A DNA stretch of 64,000 nt from contig RBZT01000623.1 of the NCBI GenBank assembly GCA_003693705.1, positions 186,001 through 250,000 on the forward strand. Direction: 5' to 3'. Position numbers and translations under genes: made by a program. Each line of letters starts with the position of its first letter. Positions within the stretch are counted from its first letter, which is position 1. The stretch is from Polymyxa betae A26-41 (Eukaryota; Protista; Endomyxa: Phytomyxea). The notes beneath the pieces were generated by a model. It was not told the origin of the DNA, did no database searches, and saw only the letters and a list, made by a program, of their open reading frames with translations. Shown in pieces: positions 1 through 12,240 of the stretch.

Positions 1-219
1 AGTATGTTAACGCATCTGCTGATATATTGTAAGTTTATCAGGCATGGATAAGGTCAGTTCGACGTGGATACGAGAGCAACTACATCGTCGACAGGATAAG
101 TCAGAAGCTTAAGGGTTAAGAACGTTCCTCAAGGTTGTTCTTCATGTCTTAAATCATGAAGGTGCGCGGATAGATTTGGCCGATGCAACATATTCAAGCG
201 TTTATCACATTCGAAAACC

Positions 220-901
220 ATGATGCACCACCCGACGATCAAGTTTACGTATTTCGATAAGGTTGATAGGCCCGAGCCTATCCGTTTGGCGATGATGATG
301 TCCGATATTCCCTTCGAAGATAATCGCATATCGCAGGAGCAATGGCGTTCGCTGAAAGACAAGACACCGTTCGGCTGCTTGCCCATTATGGAGGTCGACG
401 GCCGCGTCTTCTCGCATTCGAACGCCTTGTTACGATATGTTGGGCATATCGGGTCATTGCTGCCAACTGATCCGCTCCAAGCGCTACAGGTGGATCAGAT
501 TATTGGCGTGATCGATGATATTATCTTTGCTGTGAAGCCGATCCTCCATATTGATGATCGAAGTCGGAAAGTCGCCGAACTGAATCGTCTAGCTGACGAG
601 TTTATTCCTCGTCTGTTCTCCGGCCTGGATCGCGTGCTTGGTCGCGGTTCCAAAGAGTTCTGTGTTGGGAGCCAGTATTCCATTGCCGACATTGCCTTAT
701 TCAATCTCGTACATTGGTTTAAAACAGGTTAGATTGGTCTTTGTCGCATGAAAACGTGATCTCTCAATGTTGTACTTAGGCACAGTCGAGGGTATTTCTA
801 GCAATATCGTCGACAAGTACGAGAATATCTGCCGGATCTATAACAAGGTCGCCCGTCATCAGAAAATCTCCCATTGGCTTGAAGAGCAGCGCACCCAATG
901 A
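220..901 (+). CDS. Glutathione S-transferase (sigma-like), 2 exons
   Basis: N-domain TYFD..RPEPIRL, KTPFGCLP, SNALLRY; C-domain YSIADIALF. GT-AG intron 728-779 restores the frame to ...KISHWLEEQRTQ* (TGA 899-901). Confidence 0.9.
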
Positions 902-1104
902 GCAACAACGGCACACGTTTGATGGTATAATACAGCGGAATGAACCATTTCAGAGATGGAGACAAAGATCTGCTGTAACATGATAATGGCTGTAACATTA
1001 CAACGTTGGTTGAATTACTGCGTATTGATGCCCTCCCTACATTATCTGTCTCTGCTGTCTGCTCAGTCTTCCACGACACTTTGACATCCACAGCCCAATT
1101 GATC

Positions 1105-2520
1105 ATGCCCTATGATCATGATCGGGCGTCTTCAGAATCATCGTCGAGGGCGGCCAGCTCCGCAACGCTACATGAAGCGTGCCAGGTCCAGGAGATCAGA
1201 TGCCACGCCTGTGGAGCCATCCAGCTGCATTCTCCAGTTCCTGTAGGGCAAATTGGTCAGTTGACAGCCAGTAAATCGAATATGGTTGCATAGCCCAGGA
1301 AACCTTGGAGAAGGATTCTTTACGAACGCCAAGACTACCCTGATAACTTCGTAGATGACACATTTCTCAGCTGTCTCATAACAAATGGTAATAAACCGCC
1401 CCTGTTTGCTGACAAAGCAGCCTTGAATGACACCACCTTTAGCTAATGTCAGAAATCCAACATTTTGGTCCTTGGTGTTCGATTCGCTTGCTATCACTCA
1501 GCAAGTGTCATTAACCGGCATATTTCTGTATGACTCCAGTACTATTCTCTGTTAATCACCGCTCATTGCTTGCAGGTCTGTTTTCTGGAGCGTTTTACGT
1601 GGTGCTGTTAGCACTACAGCTTTAGTTACAGTTGATGTTCTCCTTATTCTGTTTGGAGGGACCTTAAAATACTATTTGAATCGGGCACCGTCTTCTAACG
1701 TAGTCGATCTGGGTAATGCTTTTGCTTTATCGTATCTCCACAATGCAGCTTAGTTGTCATTAGCTGCAATGACCGGGAATATTCTAGATCTGCTGAAGTT
1801 TCTTGGTATCCTACTTGGATTATCTCCCGTCTTGATGACGTTGACTAGCGCCTATAGCAATGACACGATATGGGCGTTGAGTCTTGTGCTTTGCTCTCTA
1901 CATATATTTTTACATGATTATTCCTGGACCCAGCCTCTGAAAAATACGGCGTATGTCTTTTGTTAACCGATATCATCGTCGCTAAAGGCCTTTGTACTAG
2001 ATTTGGTGGCACTATTTCTCTCAATGCTGCTGTATTTGCTTCTATTCTATTAGCATCTCGTTTGAAGGTTTCAAGCGAAGTGTTTGCTTTTATATTGTTC
2101 GCTTTCTTGGTATTTGCTGGATTTCCTTTTCTAGCCCGATCAATACGAGTAAGTGTTGTTTCGCATCCATTCTATTGACTGAATCTCTCGCTAGAATTAT
2201 TCATCTCGCCTTCATCTCGCCGTAACAATCTTGCTTCAGGTAACTTTCTATTATTGTTGCTTGTCGCTGGTGCATAATATGTTGCCATCCAGACTTCCTC
2301 TCTATTGCTATTTTCTAATGTATCAATGGCGGCTTGCGTGGCCTTATTTTGCTCTTTGATATTCGTCTCTTTAGTATGCCCTTTTTGGCTGAAATGGATC
2401 AAGCGATATAAAAAGTCAGATATACTGCCTTCTACATGTATCATCTCTAATGTTTATTTTAGTGAGATTCAAGGACCTTGGGATTATGAAGCTGAGACTG
2501 TCGAGAATATCGGCAAATAA
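1105..2520 (+). CDS. PIGC: GPI-GlcNAc transferase subunit C (PIG-C/GPI2), multi-exon
   Basis: PWRRILYERQDYPDNFVD after intron 1243-1293; SPVLMTLTSAYSNDTIWA; SLNAAVFASILLASRL; C-terminal EIQGPWD. Start codon is approximate. Confidence 0.9.
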
Positions 2521-2948
2521 AACCAAACTCATTGTAAATTTCAATTTGAGTCCAGTATCAGTTGACTCGCAGTGTAAACTGAATAATCTCACGAGATCTG
2601 AATCTGACTTTTTGTGTTCCGGTTTCGTCTGACTCAAATAATCGGGCAGCCGAAATGCTATAGTCGTTCTAGATTAGACCAAGCGAATTGCTGCTTCATT
2701 CAAAGTGCTAACTGGAAGACAAGCAGCTTTCTGTTTTGAACATTTGAATGCAAACAGTTATGATAACAACCCGCTCGAATGGCTCAGTCTTGAAGACATC
2801 AAAGAATGTACTTTAAGATTTATCTGGAGATCCCATCTTAACTGGAACTATCGATGCTTTGCAAAAATCCAACACTTTCCGATTGTTGACCGCTTATCTG
2901 ATCGCATTGCAAAATGGAAATGGAGGATATTGATACCGTTATTTAGAT

Positions 2949-5900
2949 TTACCGTTTATTAAGTTGCATTTGGTATAATTCAGCAATTTCCGAACTGGAC
3001 GTTGCATCTTCAGGCTTCTTATCGGGTCGAACTTGGATAAATCGTGGAAATCGAAGGGCGATTCCTTTATCATCAGCGACCAGGCCAATAGCAGCCTTAT
3101 GCAGCGGGCTAATAGACAGATTCGCGGCTTTAATCTCCCAAACCTACAAACAGTGATGTAAACGTTATAGCGATATTCAACTATAAATATAAACCTGAGA
3201 TCCATTTAGCCATTCATCAGGAGGATCTCTTTCGCCATATCGGTAGTGTTTATGAGGAGCCTGAAAACATCAGCTGAGAACAGTGAACGAAAGTGTTACC
3301 AACCTCGATTAGCTGCTGATTGGCCCAACACGTTAAAGAGTGCAACATTTCTTCGCTGAATCCAGTCCCGATTTTGCAAATAGATTGCAGCTCTTCAGTT
3401 TCAGGATTATAAACTGCCAGCAGATAACCACCGAAAGTTCCTGTTCTTTTCCCTTTCCCGTAGTACGCTCCTATGAGAGCAATAATGCATCGAGACCATG
3501 AGTATAACAACTACAACTGACCAATGGGAATTAAGTCGAACGAATCAGTTAACCCTTGCATGTAGTCTTTCTTGAGTTTCTTCCAAGCACGACTACGTTT
3601 ATCAGGCTCATAAAGTGCCAACTGGCCGGCATTAAGACATTTGACCTAACGACAATTAGCTCAAATAAAATAATTGTGAATGGCTCAGAAGCACGCACAC
3701 ACCATTAAACCTTCACAGTTCTGTTCAACCGATTTGTCTAGGAATTCAGAGATCTTTGTTTCATCGTTCCTGGAAGATGGTTAGGTAATTGGAAAGAATA
3801 AAACAACATATGATACGTCTCTTTAGAGATGGTGAACCGAAAATGACCATCGATCTCATTAAATGAAGAATGCAGCAGACGCCGTCGTTCTCTCAGAGGA
3901 ACTGACAGGAGCGACTAATAGGGCATGAATACAACTTATAAATGGCCCAAGTTGCCAACCTTTCCATTCAAAAAAATCAAGTCAAATGCAAATAGACATA
4001 TATCAACAGCGATATCTTCAGTTTTCACATTCTTTCGCTTTCGAGTGGATAAAACCTGAAAAGGAAGAACACACTTTCCACCTCGATCGTACGCGACAGC
4101 TTCTGCATCGATAATGCAAGACTGCACCATCCCTGGATTGAACGTCTACGAGATTTTATGAGAGCAGAGATGTGTAATTTGCGAACAAATAACCTTTGAG
4201 ATCATGCCGACGATATCGGGAAATTTCTCAGTTCTTGTTTCTGCATTGCGACTGAAAATATGGACATTGCCGTCTTCCAGAACGTGGATCTACTATCCTG
4301 TTCAGAGAGCGTAAAAAAACCAGCACGTTGGACCTGCACACGTTCGCCATCGTATTTATATTCAAGTACGATATCATGACTGTCGAAGTCTTCAAGAACC
4401 TGACAACTCTTTGATAAGAGCAAACAGCTATCAAATCAGGGAGTACATCGGTGACTGATTTCGCAGGAGCAGCAAGCATGCTATTAATTGGAACACCGGG
4501 AGTTAAGTAGCAATGATTTTTGAGTTCATTGATCGGATACTGAAGCAGGGCAGGAATGATTCGAGACAAATTGGGGCATTCGACCCAAGCTCTCTTTAAA
4601 GCTGCAGTAGCATCACCGATCTCTCTGCCAGACGGAAGTGTTAGAGCAATTCAGAGCATACAAAATTGGAAAACACTAACAGTAATAGCAGAGGTTCAGA
4701 AAGAACTAATGATTGATCGAATCGCTCATCTGGCAACTCGTTTATTCTTTTTCGTTCCTCTTCTATCAACCATTTCAATAAGAAAACAAAAAATGATGCG
4801 AGAGCAAGTACCGGAGAGCGGAGGTGTTAGCACGACAGCTTTAGCTAGTGCTGATAAGATTGTTGGAATTGAGCAGCCAATTCTGGTAAGAAAATAAACT
4901 AATGAGTAGAAAGATTCGCAAGACCAACCGTAAATTCCCTTGAAGTGATCGAACGATGTATCGAACTTCAGATTCGTTGGCGGAAACCAACAGATCGGCA
5001 ATCAAAGCAATTTTCCGGTCCACTTTGGTCTCCGAAGCGATTTTACCAAACTGACTAAATAATTGGCAGACTGAACAGATACGGTGAGCCTCACGAAATC
5101 ACAAAACAATGAATATACCAGTCAGCAATGGGGACGTAATCAATGGTCGACAGCTTTGGCTTCTTTCAGCAAAATTTCCCAGATCGCCAATGTTTTTCAA
5201 CTCCTCTGAGATCTCCTTCACACTCCGACTGGTACTTCGACAATTTTAGAGCAATAAAAACTTGAGCATTTGCGAACCTTTGCGCTAGAACTTTGATTAA
5301 CAACTTGTCCCCGACACCGATTTCCATTCCTTTATAATCTGGACCAAGCTACAAACAATCAGATACCGCAAATCTGCATTTGTGACAAAGGTTCAACAAT
5401 GTACTTTGTTGATGCAAAGATACACAGCTGACAGTAACGCCTCAGGATTTTTGACGATCACCGAACGAAAGAATTTGGCGATTCGGTTAATATTGGGAAT
5501 TCGGCGCGACTCGCCTTCCACATCTTGAAACATTCTTGACATGTGCAGATAAGGCAGGCTATGAAAATATTTAGCGAACGTCGCATCCTGAACTGGAATA
5601 CAATACTCTGGTCCAACGCGCCAATGGCTATCACGAAATGGATTATATTTACAACTAGCAAGAATTCAGCAAAACTCAGAATCGACTTCAAACACTAAAG
5701 TACAGTTCCCCGTTGCTGGAAACATTCTTGACTTTGGCGCGAATGTTGGCGTTTGAGAATGTCCTAACAACGAATGAAAACGAATCCTTTGTTGAAAGCG
5801 ATGTTTTTACTCTAAATCCTCTACAGGTCCCACGCCATCTTGGTCACCGGCCAGCTTATCCTTAACAAACGACACTGTTGCGGACGCCATCGATTCGTTT

Positions 5901-6420
5901 TCAGCGTCAGTTTTCAATTTTGTGTCGGATGTTAAAACGTTCTAACGTAACGGTTTACTTTGATGTGGCCGAAAGCTATCCACATCAAACGCTTACATTT
6001 TTCGCAGAATGGACTAATGCAGAATTCAGAGTTGAATGGTTGCCGCCGCCGGATTCTTCGATTTCACGAAGGCTGGAGACTGTAAGAGTCGCAAAAGGTC
6101 GTTCATGAGAGCAACATTACCGCTTCAGAAACCCCTCGCTCTTGTTAGTGCTATAGCATCCAGTTGACCAAACGAATTTTCATCAAAGTATGACATACCC
6201 AGAGCTAGCTTCAGCCTAGACAATATTAATAAAAGCGTAATGGTAGAGTACGAAACATGCCGAATGAGAATTGAATGCTGTGTCGTTAGATGGCTTGTCA
6301 TAATAGGCAAATAAATCTGGCAGTCGAGAAGGCAGCGAAATGAGCTCCTGAGCTGATGTGGACGTTTTTGAGAAGTTTCTGTCAAATGATGCTCGAGCAT
6401 CGTTGAGTCCCTTCAAGGTT
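2949..6420 (-). CDS. LIG1: ATP-dependent DNA ligase I-type protein, many short introns; 5' end uncertain (may extend to ~7100)
   Basis: Motif I EYKYDGER, motif [43 protein letters not shown], motif [16 protein letters not shown]; DNA-binding domain [10 protein letters not shown]...VYLCINK; stop at 2949-2951. Confidence 0.9.
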
Positions 6421-7408
6421 TAGAGCTCATAAAGCCACAAGAAGACGTTCTGTATTTACCTGATCGAATATGCTACGATCCGATAAATTTTGCTTGGGAC
6501 AATAGCTCTCCTGAAGCTTAGAAAGATGTCGACCATGCAACGGGATCGAAATTTGACGGAATCGGTATTTTAGAAGCAGACAGCGACCCAACATGGGATC
6601 TGTCCAAGAAAGCCCGACGTCGATCAGCAGGATTTCGAATTGGTGAGTGTCTTGCCTCGATAATACTTCATATGCAATGATACTGAAGTTATTAAAGATG
6701 TGACAGAGATGCAGCAGTGAATAATCAAAGGCGCACATCCCAAATGTAATGTTACATTGTCATCCTGTGTCTACATGTAGAGACGGGTCTATCGAAGTAT
6801 TTAGAGACGAGACTCCTAATTCGATAATGGATGCCATGGTCGCTTCGACGTTGTTTCAGACGCTTGTCAGAAATGCTGCTGCCAATGTATATCGTCTCAG
6901 TCTTAGATATGCCACGATGGGATGCTGTTGTAGCCGCGCTGATGATGCTGGCTGTGAAAACTCTCACGAGGTTCAATGGTAGTTGTTTTGAATCGACTTC
7001 ACTCGTTCTGGAACCGATACTGCATAAGCCATTCTCTCAAGACTACGCTGTTTAGAAGTAATACACATGTTCCATTTTTCTCTTGAACTATTAGCAAACC
7101 CTCTTAATTGTATGACTATAAAGATAATATGGGTATCAGGAAACGCAATCTGCATATCTTTATGAGAATTGGAAATCCAAGATGAAATAACATCAATTTA
7201 AAATGCAAAGCAAGAGACAGTCCCATATAATTAATACACACCATATGCCACGACTTAGAACTATCAACTAATTACACGAGACATCTACTGGCATGATATG
7301 AAGGCAGTATATTGTTAGATAAGAAATCTTGAACCAGAGAAATTCTTCATGAAAAGATGCAAAACTTTTTAATGTTATATGGAAATAGCGCTATTGGATG
7401 GGAGAACG

Positions 7409-7434
7409 GAGTCCGTCATTACGCCGTCACGGAC
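7409..7434. promoter_or_regulatory. Cluster of GTCCGT(C/G)/CCGTCA motifs upstream of RPS7
   Basis: GAGTCCGTCA at 7409-7418 and GCCGTCACGGAC at 7423-7434. The same core occurs in the RPS21/RPL9 promoter. Confidence 0.5.
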
Positions 7435-7460
7435 TTGTCGTTAGATTCTTGAGATTAATA

Positions 7461-8042
7461 ATGGCGGCCGTCGTGGGTAACAAGCTCCTGAAGAAGGGCG
7501 GTAAAGCTCCCACCGAGCTGGAATCAGCTCTGGCCCAGGCTTTCGTCGACCTGGAATCGTCGTCGAAGGACCTCAAGGCCGATCTCCGCGACCTGTACTT
7601 CGTCGCCGCCAAGGAGATCGCCGTCGATGAGAACAAGAAGGCCATCGTCATCTTCGTCCCCTACGTGAAACTGGTCAAATTCAAGAAGATCCAGCCCCGT
7701 TTGGTCCGGGAATTGGAGAAGAAATTCACCAACAAGCACATCATCTTCATCGGTCAGCGCACCGTCCTTGGCTCCGGCCACTCCCGTAAATCTCATGGCG
7801 CTCTGCGGCCACGATCTCGTACGATCCAGGCCGTCCACGAGGGCATCCTGAACGATCTTGTCTACCCGACCGAGATTGTCGGCAAGCGAATCCGATTTCG
7901 CCTTGACGGATCTAAGCTCTACAAGATCTATCTGGATCCCAAGGAGGCTTCCAACATCGACTACAAACTGTCTACGTTTGCCGCCGTCTACCGTAAGCTT
8001 ACCTACAAAACCATCGAATTCATGTTCCCACCGAAGGCGTGA
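7461..8042 (+). CDS. RPS7: 40S ribosomal protein S7 (eS7), no coding intron
   Basis: KKIQPRLVRELEKKF, RPRSRTIQAVHEGILNDLVYPTEIVGKR; strong C-ending codon bias; likely ATG at 7461. Confidence 0.97.
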   Translation: MAAVVGNKLLKKGGKAPTELESALAQAFVDLESSSKDLKADLRDLYFVAAKEIAVDENKKAIVIFVPYVKLVKFKKIQPRLVRELEKKFTNKHIIFIGQRTVLGSGHSRKSHGALRPRSRTIQAVHEGILNDLVYPTEIVGKRIRFRLDGSKLYKIYLDPKEASNIDYKLSTFAAVYRKLTYKTIEFMFPPKA

Positions 8043-9377
8043 GAGAGTTCATTAAACAGTTGTTATCTACCTATGCATGTGGCCCTGGCTAGTCTAACAC
8101 TGTATTATTTTTGCCTGGTAGGAAACTTAATGACCTTGCTGTCACTGGAAATTTCCATTTGCTTTCGATTAAGTACATTGGTGTAGTGGGTAAATTCCCT
8201 CCCTTTAAGAAATATAGCGTTGCTTCCGTTGAAAATGAATGTTTTTTGGCAAGGATAATTTCGATTCGTTCAAGTCGACAAACGTGTAACTGAAACTTTG
8301 GTAATTCAAAGTTTCTTGTACTGTTTACTCGAATTTCCTTCAACATTAAATTCGCAAGCGGCAGCTTTGCACGGTGAACGAATGTTTCTGGAAGGCTAGC
8401 TGTTGAAGACGAATCGATGCTTTTCGATTGGAATCATATCGATCATTGATGGGTGTAGTGTGTAGTCCTGATAGTTCTGGAACGTAGCCAGTAAGCTAGA
8501 AAAGGCCTTGTGCTGAAGGGTGACACCACCGCTTGTTGAACATGTACAAAGAATACAATGAATCCATTCTATTCCACATTCGTCATTGCTGTGACAGGAA
8601 ACACTTAGGTATTCATGATGGAAGCTCTCGATCTTGCGTCCAAGCATCCTCTGTATAATTTCAAGCTGATTGTCGATTCGATATCGCAATATCATCTTCT
8701 AGCTTCATTTACAAGTGGAGGAGAAAAATGGCTTAGTAACTAAATAATCAAGAAATGTTTATCGAATACACTGCAATTAGTTATCTCCCATGTTTTGTCT
8801 GAGCTGCTTGACTCAAACCAATCAGTTCAGAGCATATTCGACTTTTGATGTTGGTGGAGCGGGCACTGTCAAGTGTCAAAGACCACGCCGCCACAGCTTT
8901 CGAGCAGGAACGCAGACGTCTTGATAAGAAGTTGGAAGGTTTGGGGAGTTAATGGCCACAGGAAGGAAGTTGGCATGAGAGACAAGAAGACAGAAGTTGC
9001 ATGGGGTTACCGGTAAGCGGTAAGCCGGTTCACCCAAATAGGGCGGATATGAGGTAACGGATATTTTACGATACCATATCGTCATCGGCTGTGGCCAAGG
9101 GGAGAAGGTGGTCGCGTCTTGACAGTGGCAGGCCGTTCAAGCGCAACTGGCATGACGATGGCTCCACGGTGGGTTTGCGTCACTGGGCCGCAAGTCGGCA
9201 AATTCTATTTTCGGTACTGGTACAAGTTACCCCTAGGCGCCTTCTACGTCGGGTTGTTGAGGGGCGCTGCGAAGAACGGGTTGTGACTGCGCACGGACCT
9301 CTCTATGACAGTTCGTGAACGGCGACATCGTTGGAAAAGGCACTGGGTAACCCCTTACAAACCCTTCTGTCTTCGTC

Positions 9378-10487
9378 ATGAGCCGTTCGCCTAATCGAAG
9401 TATGAGCGACCCGATGCCGCCCATCATCACGCGACGAAGGGGAATGTCGGCCCCGCCCGCGGTTGCTTTCAGGGAAGATCTTAACGACACGGGCATGGCC
9501 GAGATTTCCGATTCTAAGCAGACTCCCTTCATACAGAAGACCTATGCCATGATAGATACACATGAGACTATATGCTGGCTACCAGATGGTCAAGGATTTC
9601 TTGTAAAGGATGCTAATGTGCTCGCTGCTGAGGTTCTGCCTAAGTTCTTCAAGCATGGAAACTTTGCCAGTTTCGTTCGTCAATTACACTTCTATGGCTT
9701 CTCCAAAACGACATTAATGAATGGAGGCTCAGAATTCAGGCATCCGAACTTCATTTATGGTCGTATGGATCTGCTTCATTTGATATCACGCAAGTCTACA
9801 GATACGATCACCAAACAGAGAAGCCAAATAGATGACCTTCAGCAGCAAGTAATGTATCTAAGGCAGCAGAATGAGCAATTGCTTATGGAGCATCGGCGAA
9901 TAATGTCGCTCGTTTCTAGCAAAGATCCTGCGGCTTTGAATAGCATCTGTCCAACGCTACCAACACAAATCCCCTACAGAACTGACGGCGTCATTCCAGA
10001 TCGAACGTCATCTGGTGGAATTCCTGTACCGAACATGGCAAGTCGAGAAGGCTCTGTTGCAAGTTCATCGCCGATTCTCAAGCCTGTCCCGAAAGCAGTT
10101 TGCTTTAATGGAACTAATAATCTGTTGCATATGCCGCCATCCCCAAGCATGCATGGCATCTCCAACCTACCAGGAAGTCGAATCCCTACTGCTATGGTTT
10201 ATCACAATCCTGAGTATACGATGAACAATTTTCAGCAAATAATGCAGTATCCTGATATGTCTTCCAATCATGCTCATGTCGAGATTCCTGCTGCCGTTTC
10301 TGCATTCAAGATGAACCCGCCGATCAATATGAGGTACGATTGGCAAGCTAACAACGCAGCAAACGTGGCACAAAACTCTTTCCAAATGTCTGTGGATCAA
10401 AGACTTGCTTTCAACCCTGTATGTCGACATAACCCAGCTGGAGCCATGCCAATCGCAGACATTCGTCCAGGTACAACCCAGACATAA
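9378..10487 (+). CDS. HSF-type transcription factor
   Basis: HSF DNA-binding domain PFIQKTYAMI...LPKFFKHGNFASFVRQLHFYGF...EFRHPNF, then a short coiled coil and a P/Q/M/N-rich tail. Confidence 0.92.
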   Translation: MSRSPNRSMSDPMPPIITRRRGMSAPPAVAFREDLNDTGMAEISDSKQTPFIQKTYAMIDTHETICWLPDGQGFLVKDANVLAAEVLPKFFKHGNFASFVRQLHFYGFSKTTLMNGGSEFRHPNFIYGRMDLLHLISRKSTDTITKQRSQIDDLQQQVMYLRQQNEQLLMEHRRIMSLVSSKDPAALNSICPTLPTQIPYRTDGVIPDRTSSGGIPVPNMASREGSVASSSPILKPVPKAVCFNGTNNLLHMPPSPSMHGISNLPGSRIPTAMVYHNPEYTMNNFQQIMQYPDMSSNHAHVEIPAAVSAFKMNPPINMRYDWQANNAANVAQNSFQMSVDQRLAFNPVCRHNPAGAMPIADIRPGTTQT

Positions 10488-10779
10488 TTCCATTTAATCT
10501 GAATGTAAAGAATAAGGAATTTGATATGGTTGCCTTAATTTCTATTGTGTTTATTAATTGTTATATATAAAATCTATCCTCAACCAATGTACATATCACG
10601 TGCTGCTTCTAGAAGCTCGGCACTACGTGTGCAATTATTGCCACTTGTAAGTTGTTGAATCTGAAGAAACGTAGAGGCATTAATTTCAAATGTTTACATT
10701 TGACTATTGCTAATCGATACATTTATAAATATCTTAATTGGGAATATATAGTAAGTTCATGCAAACAGCGACCAGACCT

Positions 10780-12240
10780 TTAAGCATTCTGAAAGTTGTA
10801 TCGGTAGGGGCTGGGCGCAGCAATTTCTGCTGGGTTGAAGTTGAGATGACTTTGGAAAGCTGCTGCCATGTCCTGAATTTGTTCCCTGCTGTTTGCAAAG
10901 TGCTTGCACTGCGTAGAAATCTTATGTATCGAAGAGGCATCTGGAATCGCTGCTCCAACTTGTGATCGAGGAACCGGCTCTGGGTATGTATTAATTACAG
11001 CTCCCAAACAAACACCATGTTCCCAGCGCATTCCTCGTAAAGTGATATTGAATAAGCGCTGCCCGCGAATTATGGTACATTCTAAAGGTGAAACGAGACT
11101 CTTGTCGACAATGGGCAGCAAGCATTCTAAGTTAGAACCAGATGCCACAAACAGCTCCTTTGTCAGACCCCCAAAATTAACGAAAAGGTCACGACTGCGA
11201 AGGCCTTGGTTCCAAGAAGAGGATTCTTCAACAACCTCAAGAACGATTAGAAATGCATCATGGACTTTCACGGGACCTGGTCGGGCAGATAGGGTGATAC
11301 CATATTCGTTGTGGGTCTTGAGTAAGCTTGGCTGCTTATGACCTGGTCGTCCTAACGTTCTTGTACCAATGGCGGGTGGTGGAATATGTCGTACAGACTT
11401 GGGGACGCGAGGAGGCAATCCGCGAGGAATATGAACAGGCAGCGGTGTTCGATCTGATTCGACTTCATCCACCAAGAGGTCAACCGAGCTTAGGACCGGC
11501 TCGAAGCGTGCTCGCATCATGGTACCGATTGTCGAGCTAAAGGAAAAGCAATGAGACCGAGCGCGGCCACACTCCTCTAGCAGAGAGAACTCTGTGTAAA
11601 GATCCATGAAGTAACCCGCAACGTTACAATGGAAGACGGCCGACACTCGACAGCGCACACTGTCAGTCTGTCATGCTGAGAATTGGCTCGGAATCTCACA
11701 TGCCGGTAACGGCGAGCACTGGTAATCGCTTGTATCGTTATCACGGGCGGTGGGTTACTTGATGGCTGGGCCTCGTCTCTCTTGTCTCTCAGATATTTTA
11801 CAACATCATGCAAATAGGTTTCTCTATAGTCAATGGGCAAAGATTAACGGTAGGGAGGGATCTGAAGACAATTGGCGCTGCGAGTGTCAAGAGTAGACAC
11901 TAAGTTGGTAGGCGTTTAGGAATAGTAATGAGCTCACCAGCCATCATGATGCTCGGTGCAAGATCATCAACTGATGCGAGCCATGGCTGGATTCGAGCAA
12001 TTCCTAAAACAATCTGCATCCTTACAAATTATGGTCCACACCAAAAAGTGTTATTCACGAATTCACTTGCTGCTCCATGAGTTGCTACGCTTTCAGATTT
12101 GATCAAGTACGTCATAGCTTCCCTCTGTCATTGTTGATTACGTGGTGTCGCTGTTCTTCTGTTAGATCTACGACATCAATAAATTCAGACGATGTGACCC
12201 GGATCAGATTATTAAGAACTCTTTCAAACGTTTGGGATTT
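10780..12240 (-). CDS. Uncharacterised multi-exon protein with a PSMD9/Nas2-type PDZ domain; 5' end uncertain
   Basis: FLIVLEVVEESSSWNQGLRSRDLFVNFG...LECTIIRG..RWEHGVCLGAVI resembles the PSMD9/GRASP PDZ. Upstream exon-like segments with GT/AG boundaries extend to ~12240. Confidence 0.6.

Noticed and set aside
2521-2948. Short ORFs between PIG-C and the ligase
   Set aside because: No ATG-led model or motif; compatible with UTR sequence.
6917-7055. Plus-strand MGCCCSRADDAG start in a strong Kozak context (dual-acylation-like)
   Set aside because: Every splice option tried stops within a few dozen codons. Kept only as a competing reading to the GIY-YIG hypothesis.
8089-8695. Minus-strand ORFs of 85 and 99 aa between RPS7 and the HSF gene
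   Set aside because: No recognisable motif, coherent gene model or element termini; possibly a decayed sequence.
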